DNA of 64,000 nt from positions 76,563-140,562 of the forward strand of contig PBDG01000009.1 in NCBI GenBank assembly GCA_002717225.1, written 5' to 3'. This document shows, piece by piece, positions 1 through 8,783 of the stretch. The first letter of the stretch is position 1, and every line of letters begins with the position of its first letter. Source of the DNA: Rhodospirillaceae bacterium (GTDB lineage: Bacteria; Pseudomonadota; Alphaproteobacteria; UBA828). Both the position numbers and the translations under genes were made by a program. The notes under the pieces were generated by a model. It saw only the letters and a list, made by a program, of their open reading frames with translations, made no database searches and was not told where the DNA came from.

Positions 1-798
1 CGGAATTGTAGCGGCGAAATCAGCAAGGGTAACCAGCAGTTGCTCACGCGCCGCGCCGGTTGGTCGGCCTCCAGGCAAATCGTTGATAGTCAGCTCTTTG
101 CCAAGGCGTAGGGCGTTAGAATCGGCAATGGCAGCGATACGTGTGGCGGTCTCTTCGATTTCCCCGCCCTGGAAAAGAGGGATCAGCGCGTTCGCCTGAT
201 CCATCATATAATCTGGCCAATGGGCAAGATGACGGTAGAGGGTAGGCACAATTTTGCGGGAGCCGTTGTCAGAGCCAATACGCAGCCGTAGGATTAATTC
301 GGCTAAGGCTGGTGGCATTTCCTCTAACTCCACCAGCGACGGCATGCCAGGAAACTTAGCAAGCGGCGTCGGCTTGCCACTATCACCGCTGCATTGCCCG
401 CCGGCTTCCTCCGATGCAAGTAGCAACATCAACACGCGCACAGCTATGATGTTGTGCGGATTGGCGGTGTTGTAGGCGGCAACAATATAGCTGATTGCAG
501 CTCGGTCCATCGGTTTGAGCGCAAGCGCCAGAGCCTTCTCGTGGGTGAGCAACGGTAATTCGGCAGCGAGCGGAACAGATGCCAATTTCTCTGCGGAGTC
601 ACTCAAAACACCTGATCGCATGACCGGCGCCAGCGCTCTCCAACCCCATTCAAGAACGCCGTTTTGGGTTGCAAGATGTCGGTAAATCAACGCTACCAAC
701 GGCACCCGGCAGCATGCCCTTATCTCGTCATAAATTGCCTTGATTTCGGTTGGAGCGTCCCGTTCAGAAAGTTCTGGCAATCTTTTTATATTTGCCAC
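1..798 (-). CDS. DehI-like (halocarboxylate dehalogenase-fold) hypothetical protein, runs off left edge
   Basis: Absent from ORF track (no stop in window). GTG at 798 with GGAG upstream; translates as MANIKRLPELSERDAPTEIKAIYDEIRACCRVPLVALIYRHLA...IVPTLYRHLAHWP, with a repeated YRHLA motif resembling the two-repeat DehI family. Confidence 0.6.
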   Translation of the reverse strand, partial: MANIKRLPELSERDAPTEIKAIYDEIRACCRVPLVALIYRHLATQNGVLEWGWRALAPVMRSGVLSDSAEKLASVPLAAELPLLTHEKALALALKPMDRAAISYIVAAYNTANPHNIIAVRVLMLLLASEEAGGQCSGDSGKPTPLAKFPGMPSLVELEEMPPALAELILRLRIGSDNGSRKIVPTLYRHLAHWPDYMMDQANALIPLFQGGEIEETATRIAAIADSNALRLGKELTINDLPGGRPTGAAREQLLVTLADFAATIP

Positions 799-839
799 TT
801 TGATCTCCCGATATGGCTCACCCACTCTATAATAGCGTT

Positions 840-1319
840 ATGGAAACCATAACCGCACGCGCCATCAACGCTGATTTCTTCGCACCTTACGGCCAACTAC
901 TAGACGTACCAGAGAAGCCCGGTCGTTACGACTTTCAAGCTGAGCTATTCAACGGTCGTGCTGACGCCAAACCGAACCTACTGCTGGTCCGGGCAAATGC
1001 GCAATCGCTGCCGCTCGACATGAAGTTGATGGAATGTCATCCGAAATCGAGCCAAGCCTTCTTTCCGCTCGACGTCCAGCGTTATCTCGTGTTGGTCTGC
1101 CCAAAAACCGCAGATGGCGAACCTGACACAGCACGCCTCGATGCGTTTATCGTCGGCGGGGCACAGGGCATCAATTATAATCCCGGCACCTGGCATCACC
1201 CGCTGACTGTGCTCGAGGGCGTCGGACGCTTCGCCGCCCTAGTGTGGGAAAATCACAGTGCCGCAGATACCGTATGGTACAAGCTTGCGGCAGAGCAACG
1301 GGTACGCATCGAAGCTTAA
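840..1319 (+). CDS. allA: ureidoglycolate lyase
   Basis: FAPYG N-terminus, MECHPKSSQAFFPL and QGINYNPGTWHHPL motifs; start could be 813 or 840. Confidence 0.85.
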   Translation: METITARAINADFFAPYGQLLDVPEKPGRYDFQAELFNGRADAKPNLLLVRANAQSLPLDMKLMECHPKSSQAFFPLDVQRYLVLVCPKTADGEPDTARLDAFIVGGAQGINYNPGTWHHPLTVLEGVGRFAALVWENHSAADTVWYKLAAEQRVRIEA

Positions 1320-1924
1320 CCCTGTTGGGTGTCGTGACGCAGGCCAATGCTATGGCGCTCGATCTTAATATCGCTCAGATAGTGAAACGGCCGGTCCTTG
1401 CGTCCAGCGAAGCCTGGCGCACGCATTAACAAAAGCTCGCCGGGTCGCCACGAAATCTCGCGCGCGCCAGAGCCGGAGCGCGTATCGGAGACGAAAAACC
1501 GGCCGTCGCCAGAAAGTTGAATCAGGGCAACAAGGCCGGTATAGCGCATATGATCGCGATGCGTAGTGATGCCGAAGGAGCCGGGATGATAGCGCTGCAC
1601 TACGAGATCATTAAAGCCAAGTCGCCCAGCCAGGACCGGCGGGCGCAAACCCTTAAGGGCAAGGGCAAGATGTTCCTCTAGTTCCGCCGCCAGGTTCCAA
1701 AGCGCGTTTGGTTTCGGCGGCGCCATACAGATGTCAAAATCCTGGCGTACAACACTTGCACCCGAACCAACCTGCCGCCTTCCGACGCGATAGGGAAGTA
1801 TCTGGGTAGCAGCTAGAAGCTGCGCTAGCTGCCTTGGCGCGAGCAATGGTAGGCTGGTCGCATCTTCCGCCACCAGACTCATCAGCGCATATCTAAGTTG
1901 ATCCGTACCGCTTACGAATTCCAC
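1316..1924 (-). CDS. 2OG-Fe(II) oxygenase superfamily protein (AlkB-like fold)
   Basis: NDLVVQRY..G..GITTHRD (HxD), distal FH and C-terminal R-x-S-x-x-x-R pattern. Confidence 0.6.
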   Translation of the reverse strand: MEFVSGTDQLRYALMSLVAEDATSLPLLAPRQLAQLLAATQILPYRVGRRQVGSGASVVRQDFDICMAPPKPNALWNLAAELEEHLALALKGLRPPVLAGRLGFNDLVVQRYHPGSFGITTHRDHMRYTGLVALIQLSGDGRFFVSDTRSGSGAREISWRPGELLLMRAPGFAGRKDRPFHYLSDIKIERHSIGLRHDTQQG

Positions 1925-2021
1925 CCGTTCACTCTACCGTTATCCCAGTTGTTCGGGACCCAGATATAATTCGACCCGGACGACAAATGCGCAAGAATAG
2001 GAGACATAATACCGTATTAGC

Positions 2022-2050
2022 TTGACTTATCCTGCCTGAACTCCCATACG
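2022..2050 (+). promoter_or_regulatory. putative sigma70 promoter of rhlE
   Basis: TTGACT-N17-CATACG, about 165 nt upstream of the ATG; the -10 element is degenerate. Confidence 0.35.
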
Positions 2051-2215
2051 CGGGTCCAACGATACTCCCTTTGAGATCGATTTTCGATTAAATGCCGGCG
2101 TCAGTATTAGAACCGGCCTAATTTATTCCGGCAGATATGGATGTTTAGTTAGGTCGGCATTCGCCTTAAGTGCACTGCCGGAGCAATTCATTCAATAATG
2201 AAAGATTATCCTTAA

Positions 2216-3463
2216 ATGACCGACTTCTCTGGCCTCAACTTGGCCCAACCGATCCTTCGTGCCATCTCCGACAAAAGCTATACTCTCCCCACACCCATAC
2301 AACTAAAATCCATCCCACCACTCCTTGAGGGGCACGATCTATTGGGTATCGCCCAAACCGGTACCGGTAAAACCGCTGCCTTCGCGCTGCCGCTACTACA
2401 CCGCCTGGCGCAAAACCCTGGCACTGTCAAGCGTGGCAAACCGCGTGCGCTAATTCTCGTGCCAACGCGTGAACTTGCTAGCCAGGTTAGTGACAACTTA
2501 AGGAGCTACGGCCGACATCTACCTGTGTGCACCGCCGTTATTTTTGGTGGCACTAATATTCGACCACAAATTCGTGCGATGAGCCGCGGGGTAGATGTGC
2601 TGGTAGCAACGCCAGGCCGCTTACTCGACTTAATAAGCCAAGGCCATGTGCAACTCCATGTTATTGAGACTTTTATCCTCGACGAAGCCGACCGTATGCT
2701 GGATATGGGATTCTTGCCTGATGTCAAACGTATTATTACTAAGCTTCCCGCAAAGCGGCAGACCTTGCTTTTCTCTGCCACCATGCCGAAATCGATTTCA
2801 AAACTCGCTGCAAACCTATTGAACAACCCGAAACGGGTCGAGATTACGCCTGCAGCAAGCACCGTGGAGAAAGTGCAGCAGCGAGTTCTTTTCGTAACCA
2901 AAGAGAAGAAGCGCTCGCTTCTTACTAAGTTGCTTAATGACGAAGAAATTGGCCGCGTGCTGATATTCACGCGCACGAAGTACGGCGCGGACCGCGTTGC
3001 CAAGCATTTATATCGGGGCGGTATCCTAGCCAACGCGATTCATGGCAATAAGTCCCAGAATGCTCGCCAACGCGCACTTAAAAGTTTTTGCGCAGGCAAG
3101 ATCCGCGCGCTCGTGGCGACAGACATCGCAGCTCGTGGAATCGACATCAAGGATGTTACACATGTCATCAATTTTGACCTGCCTAGCGAGCCGGAGAGCT
3201 ATGTTCACCGTATCGGCCGAACGGCGCGAGCCGGTGCCGGCGGCATCGCCATCTCTTTTTGTGATCATGATGAGCGCAACCATTTGCGTAATATCGAGAA
3301 GACCATCGGCCTGAACGTCCCGGTTTTCACGGACCATCCATTTCATGATTCCGAAATCGAGAATTCAAAAACGCCGGGCAAGCGCAAATTAAGGAGCAAG
3401 CGTGTGGACCTGCAGCAACGCAACACCCAACGCACGAAGCGAAAGGCCAAAAAGGCGGCGTAA
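2216..3463 (+). CDS. rhlE: DEAD-box RNA helicase
   Basis: Q motif, AQTGTGKT, PTRELA, DEAD, SAT, HRIGRTAR, basic C-terminal tail. Confidence 0.92.
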   Translation: MTDFSGLNLAQPILRAISDKSYTLPTPIQLKSIPPLLEGHDLLGIAQTGTGKTAAFALPLLHRLAQNPGTVKRGKPRALILVPTRELASQVSDNLRSYGRHLPVCTAVIFGGTNIRPQIRAMSRGVDVLVATPGRLLDLISQGHVQLHVIETFILDEADRMLDMGFLPDVKRIITKLPAKRQTLLFSATMPKSISKLAANLLNNPKRVEITPAASTVEKVQQRVLFVTKEKKRSLLTKLLNDEEIGRVLIFTRTKYGADRVAKHLYRGGILANAIHGNKSQNARQRALKSFCAGKIRALVATDIAARGIDIKDVTHVINFDLPSEPESYVHRIGRTARAGAGGIAISFCDHDERNHLRNIEKTIGLNVPVFTDHPFHDSEIENSKTPGKRKLRSKRVDLQQRNTQRTKRKAKKAA

Positions 3464-3530
3464 CCGCCATCGACCTTAATCGAATTGAGCGCCATAATGA
3501 GTGTTCAAATATATTGAGGAGAGCGCGGCT

Positions 3531-4361
3531 ATGCCGAAAGTCGAAGCAAACGGGATAAATATTTTCTACGAGTTTCTCGGCGACGGTGACCCGCTAGCGC
3601 TGATCGGTGGTTCGCTGTTTGGCCGGCAGAATTTTGGTATGGTGTGGGACGGCTTGGCCCAAAATTTTAAGCTGATTAGTTACGACCAGCGCGGCTATGG
3701 GCAAACAGACCGTCCCTTACAACAATACGATCTTGATATTTGGGCGGACGACCTTGCAGCCCTAATGGAGAAACTCGGTATTCCACGCGCTCACGTAATG
3801 GGCACTTCTGCCGGTGGCATGATCGCGCTCAAATTCGCCGCCAAATATCCCGACAAATGTATTGGAGTAGTGAGCGACTGCGCATTCGCAAAATGTGACG
3901 AGATGCGCAAGATCATGTTCCGCACTTGGCGCCACATGGCGCAAACCTGGGGCTGCTCGCCACAATTCGCTGATCACGTGCTAACCCAAGCGGTTGGCGC
4001 AGAATATCTCGACGGCCCGAACGGCCCGGCGATCGTAGATATGGTTCGCACCGTCGTCGGTTTGAATTCGCCCGAAACCGTTGTACAGGCTTGCCTTGCC
4101 ATGGAAAACATGGATTTGCGAGAGGATTGTAAAAAAATTCGCAATCCGACCCTCGTCATCACGGCGAAAAAAGATATGTTGACGCCCATGGAAACCGGCG
4201 CGAGCGGAGCTGGTGCACAATGGGTGGCGGATAATGTTCCAGGCTGCGAAATTATCGTATATGAGGATATTGGCCATGCTGATCTGGTCGAGTGCCCGGA
4301 GAAAACCATTGAATCTACCATCGAGTTTTTGCACCGAGCTAAGGACAAGGTACCCAATTAA
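3531..4361 (+). CDS. alpha/beta fold hydrolase
   Basis: YDQRGYG, GTSAGG nucleophile elbow, C-terminal GH; GAGGAG RBS before ATG 3531. Confidence 0.85.
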   Translation: MPKVEANGINIFYEFLGDGDPLALIGGSLFGRQNFGMVWDGLAQNFKLISYDQRGYGQTDRPLQQYDLDIWADDLAALMEKLGIPRAHVMGTSAGGMIALKFAAKYPDKCIGVVSDCAFAKCDEMRKIMFRTWRHMAQTWGCSPQFADHVLTQAVGAEYLDGPNGPAIVDMVRTVVGLNSPETVVQACLAMENMDLREDCKKIRNPTLVITAKKDMLTPMETGASGAGAQWVADNVPGCEIIVYEDIGHADLVECPEKTIESTIEFLHRAKDKVPN

Positions 4362-4376
4362 GTTGAGCGACCGACT

Positions 4377-5609
4377 ATGAACAACGTTCCGCACATGTCC
4401 CGTCACGCGAGCGTCGGCGTCCGTGTCGGGCCTTACCGCATTGGGGGCGGTGCGCCAATATTGGTACAGAGTATGACCAATACTGATACGGCGGACGTGC
4501 AATCAACAGCCGATCAGGTAAGGGCGCTCGCCGAAGCGGGGTCAGAGTTGGTGCGGGTTACCGTCAATACGCCAGAAGCGGCAGCTGCAGTGCCGCATAT
4601 ACGCGAGCGCCTTGATGCAATGAATTGCGGCGTACCACTAGTTGGCGACTTTCACTATAACGGCCACAAGTTGCTGCGCGAACATCCGGCCTGTGCCGAA
4701 GCGCTAGCAAAATACCGCATCAATCCCGGCAATGTAGGCTTTCGTGAAAAACGCGATCGTCAATTCCAAACCATGATTGAAGTCGCTTTGGAATATAGCC
4801 GTCCGGTGCGCATTGGCGTTAATTGGGGCAGCCTGGATCAGGAATTATTAGCTGAATTAATGGACCAAAATGCCACTTTAGCGATACCACGCGAGGCGCA
4901 GGTGGTGATGCGCAAAGCTCTCGTGGAATCCGCGCTGCGCAGCGCGGCGATGGCAGAAGAAATAGGGCTCGAACGTGATCGCATCGTGATCTCCTGCAAG
5001 GTCAGTCAGGTGCAGGATTTGGTGGCGGTCTATGGCGATTTAGCGGCACGTTCGGATTATGCGCTTCACCTTGGTTTGACCGAGGCAGGTATGGGGTCGA
5101 AGGGAATTGTTGCTTCAACCGCAGCACTCGCCATCCTGCTGCAGAAGGGCATTGGCGATACTATCAGAGTCTCACTCACTCCCTCTCCAGGCGGCGACCG
5201 AACCCAGGAAGTGATTGTGGCGCAGGAGATCCTACAGACCATGGGCCTGCGTTCTTTCACACCATTGGTGACCGCCTGCCCTGGCTGTGGACGGACTACA
5301 AGCACTGTCTTTCAGGAACTGGCGGAAAAGATCCAAAGCCATGTACGTGTGCGCATGCCGGAATGGCAAAAGGACTATGTCGGCGTCGAGGATATGCAAC
5401 TCGCAGTGATGGGATGTATCGTCAACGGCCCGGGTGAAAGCAAACATGCCGATATCGGCATCAGCCTGCCGGGCACCGGCGAGACGCCTGCAGCACCAGT
5501 ATTTATCGATGGAGAAAAATCGGTGACACTACGTGGCGAAGGCATCGCCGAAGCGTTTCAAGATATCGTCGAGAATTATGTTGAGAGCCACTACGCCAAG
5601 CGTGGCTAG
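4377..5609 (+). CDS. ispG: (E)-4-hydroxy-3-methylbut-2-enyl-diphosphate synthase
   Basis: [36 protein letters not shown] and [10 protein letters not shown] motifs. Confidence 0.97.
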   Translation: MNNVPHMSRHASVGVRVGPYRIGGGAPILVQSMTNTDTADVQSTADQVRALAEAGSELVRVTVNTPEAAAAVPHIRERLDAMNCGVPLVGDFHYNGHKLLREHPACAEALAKYRINPGNVGFREKRDRQFQTMIEVALEYSRPVRIGVNWGSLDQELLAELMDQNATLAIPREAQVVMRKALVESALRSAAMAEEIGLERDRIVISCKVSQVQDLVAVYGDLAARSDYALHLGLTEAGMGSKGIVASTAALAILLQKGIGDTIRVSLTPSPGGDRTQEVIVAQEILQTMGLRSFTPLVTACPGCGRTTSTVFQELAEKIQSHVRVRMPEWQKDYVGVEDMQLAVMGCIVNGPGESKHADIGISLPGTGETPAAPVFIDGEKSVTLRGEGIAEAFQDIVENYVESHYAKRG

Positions 5610-5811
5610 TTTAAATTTTCCTTAATTTCAAGCTGTTGTAATCATAGGGCCTGGCCGATCTATCTCCCTGCTTAATTTCACCAAGCGCTTCGGGAACCTG
5701 TTACGACGTAAAAGTCTTGGCTAAATATTCGCCACCCATTGCCGAAGCGGAATCATTGCGCCGACCCGAACGAAACGGCAATATAAACTCGATCGAAAGA
5801 GTTCTTTTAAA

Positions 5812-5833
5812 TGAATATTTATTAAAATATTCA
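5812..5833. promoter_or_regulatory. palindromic operator candidate upstream of the fad operon
   Basis: Perfect inverted repeat TGAATATTT-atta-AAATATTCA. Confidence 0.6.
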
Positions 5834-5886
5834 CTAATTTATTTTAGACAGAGCTCCGACGTCATGTAGGCCCGGCCACACCAATA

Positions 5887-7599
5887 ATGGAATCGGCTAT
5901 GAGCGAAGTGACACAGCCCTATATTTGGGAACAATCCTATCCTGATGATATCGATTGGCATGCGCCATTAACGCCCCAGACCATGTCGGCCATGATGGAT
6001 GAAGCTGCTCGCAAATATGCCGCTCTCCCCGCAATCGATTTTCTCGGCCGAATATATAACTTCGCGGAAGTATCGGATTTGGTGAACCGCGCAGCCAAGG
6101 GACTGCAGAGTCATGGAATCGGCAAGGGTGATCGGGTCGGCCTTATGCTGCCCAACTGCCCGGCTATGGTGATTTCATATTATGCTGTGCTTCGCGCAGG
6201 TGCCACCGTTGTGAATTTTAACCCCCTATATGCCGAAGCAGAAATTCGCGCACAAATTGAAGATTCGGACTGTGGTATTCTTATTACTCTCGATATGCCG
6301 CTAATATACGATAAGGCAGCCAAGATGCTGGGGTCGACGCAATTAAGAACGATTGTGCTTGCTTCCTTGGCTGAGCAACTACCCTTCCCGAAGAACCTTC
6401 TCTATCGACTGCTTAAAAGGAAGGACATCGCAACGATGCCCTCGGATGGGCACCATCTGTCCTTCAGTGAACTTTGCTCTACGGACGGCAAACCCTCCAC
6501 TGTCGATGTCAATCCCGAGACTGACATTGCGGTGCTGCAATATACCGGCGGCACCACCGGCCTGCCCAAGGGTGCAATGCTTACTCACGCGAATCTCACC
6601 ACCAATGTTCAGCAAGCAACTTATCTCTTTCCTAAGACAGAGTTTGGCAAGGAAGTGTTGATAGGCGTGCTACCGCTGTTTCACGTTTTTGCTATGACAG
6701 TGGTGATGAATTTCAGCATCTTCGCTGGAGCCAAAATGATCCTCCTCCCGCGTTTCGAACTTGATACGACCCTAAAGGTCATTCACAAAAAGCGGCCAAC
6801 ATTTTTTCCAGCTGTGCCAACGATCTATATCGCCATCAACAACCATCCCGGCGTCGCCGCGGGTAAGTTTGATCTCACTTCGATGAAATATTGCCTCTCA
6901 GGCGGCGATACGTTGCCACGCGAAGTGCAGGAAAAATTCGAATCTTTGTCGGGCTGTCGCCTGTTGGAAGGTTATGGCCTTAGCGAGACGTCACCCGTGG
7001 CATTGTGTAACCCTTCAACAGGCGAATCGCGCGCAGGCTCGCTCGGCCTTCCAGCACCGGCAACGTTGGTCGAGATCACCGATATCGAAGACCCGTCCAA
7101 AGTGCTACCCCAAGGCGAAACCGGCGAAATCTGCATCACTGGCCCTCAGGTCATGAAAGGCTATTGGAATCGTGAGGATGAGACAGCGAGAGCACTGCTC
7201 GACGGGCGATTCCATACTGGGGACGTCGGGTATATTGATGCGGACGGATACACTTTCCTTATAGATCGCTTGAAAGAGATCATCCTAGCAGGTGGCTACA
7301 ATATCTACCCCCGCCATGTAGAAGAAGCTATATATCGCCACTCGGCAGTGGAGGAGGTAACAGTCGCCGGCATTGAGGATTCCTATCGCCAGCAAACCGT
7401 TAAGGCCTTCGTCAAGCTACGCGCGGGCCAGTCTCTTGACGCAGAAGCGCTTACCGCATTCCTCAAGGACAAACTCTCGCCCATCGAAATGCCCAAGGAA
7501 ATCGAGTTCCGCGACGAGTTACCAAAGACCTTGATCGGCAAACTATCGAAGAAGGAATTGATTGCCGAAGAAACCGCCAAGCGCAAAGCGACGACTTGA
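5887..7599 (+). CDS. fadD: long-chain fatty acid--CoA ligase
   Basis: YTGGTTGLPKG AMP-binding motif, EGYGLSE, TGD, PKTLIGK. Confidence 0.9.
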   Translation: MESAMSEVTQPYIWEQSYPDDIDWHAPLTPQTMSAMMDEAARKYAALPAIDFLGRIYNFAEVSDLVNRAAKGLQSHGIGKGDRVGLMLPNCPAMVISYYAVLRAGATVVNFNPLYAEAEIRAQIEDSDCGILITLDMPLIYDKAAKMLGSTQLRTIVLASLAEQLPFPKNLLYRLLKRKDIATMPSDGHHLSFSELCSTDGKPSTVDVNPETDIAVLQYTGGTTGLPKGAMLTHANLTTNVQQATYLFPKTEFGKEVLIGVLPLFHVFAMTVVMNFSIFAGAKMILLPRFELDTTLKVIHKKRPTFFPAVPTIYIAINNHPGVAAGKFDLTSMKYCLSGGDTLPREVQEKFESLSGCRLLEGYGLSETSPVALCNPSTGESRAGSLGLPAPATLVEITDIEDPSKVLPQGETGEICITGPQVMKGYWNREDETARALLDGRFHTGDVGYIDADGYTFLIDRLKEIILAGGYNIYPRHVEEAIYRHSAVEEVTVAGIEDSYRQQTVKAFVKLRAGQSLDAEALTAFLKDKLSPIEMPKEIEFRDELPKTLIGKLSKKELIAEETAKRKATT

Positions 7600-7646
7600 A
7601 ACAGCAAAATTTGAGAATTCAAACAGAATCGAACGAGGCCCAACCC

Positions 7647-8783
7647 ATGAAACCCGTTGTCATCGCAGGATATAAAAGATCCCCCTTCCAGTTCGCCCAC
7701 AAGGGCCAATTGGTCAAAAAGCGGCCTGACGACCTGGCAGCCGACGTGGTACGCGGATTAATTGAGACAAGCGGGGTCGATCCATCTGGCATCGAGGATC
7801 TAATCATGGGCTGCGCCTTTCCCGAGGGCGAGCAGGGCTTTAACATGGGCCGCATCGTCGGTCTTCTGGCAGATTTGCCGATCTCTGTCGCTGGCGTCAC
7901 AGTCAACCGTTTCTGCGGCTCGTCTATGCAGTCGATCCACATTGCGGCCGGCGCGATCCAGATGAATGCCGGCGAAGCGTTTATCTGCGCCGGGGTAGAA
8001 TCCATGTCGCGTATCCCGATGGGTGGCTTCAACCCGATGCCCAATGCCGACCTCTTCGAGAAAAATGAAGGCGCCTACATGTCGATGGGCGAAACGGCAG
8101 AGAACCTTGCCGAGAAGTATCAAATCCCACGCGAGGAGCAAGAGGCGCTCGCCATTTCGAGTCACGCCAAAGCCGCTGCCGCGCGCGAAGATGGCAAGTT
8201 CAAGAGCGAGATCGTACCTATAGATTGCGATGGCGAGATCGTTGATCAGGATGGCTGTATCCGCACTGGGACCAATGCCGAAGATCTTGCCAAACTTGAA
8301 CCCGCCTTCGATGCGGAAGGCACGGTCACTGCCGGCACTTCATCACCACTGACTGACGGTGCATCAGCGGTACTGATCACTACAGAGGATTATGCCCAAG
8401 CCAATAATCTAGAGGTGCTTGCACGAATTAAAAGTGCAGCCGTCGCCGGTTGCCAGCCAGAAATTATGGGCTATGGCCCGGTAGTCTCCTCGGTAAAGGC
8501 GCTCGAGCGCGCCGGTATCTCAATGTCAGATATTGATGTAATCGAGCTCAACGAGGCCTTTGCCGTTCAGGCGCTGGCCTGTGTGCGTGAACTAACTATT
8601 GACCTTGACAAGATGAATTTAGATGGGGGTGCCATTGCGCTCGGCCATCCACTCGGTGCTACCGGCGCGCGTATTACTGGTAAGGCGGCGCAACTCCTGA
8701 ATCGCGAAAACAAGCGTTATGCACTAGCCACGCAATGCATCGGCGGCGGTCAGGGTATCTCCACCGTGCTCGAGGCGGCCTGA
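7647..8783 (+). CDS. fadA: acetyl-CoA C-acyltransferase (thiolase)
   Basis: NRFCGSS, NEAFA, GHPLGATG and CIGGGQG motifs; ATG 7647 preceded by GAGG. Confidence 0.93.
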   Translation: MKPVVIAGYKRSPFQFAHKGQLVKKRPDDLAADVVRGLIETSGVDPSGIEDLIMGCAFPEGEQGFNMGRIVGLLADLPISVAGVTVNRFCGSSMQSIHIAAGAIQMNAGEAFICAGVESMSRIPMGGFNPMPNADLFEKNEGAYMSMGETAENLAEKYQIPREEQEALAISSHAKAAAAREDGKFKSEIVPIDCDGEIVDQDGCIRTGTNAEDLAKLEPAFDAEGTVTAGTSSPLTDGASAVLITTEDYAQANNLEVLARIKSAAVAGCQPEIMGYGPVVSSVKALERAGISMSDIDVIELNEAFAVQALACVRELTIDLDKMNLDGGAIALGHPLGATGARITGKAAQLLNRENKRYALATQCIGGGQGISTVLEAA

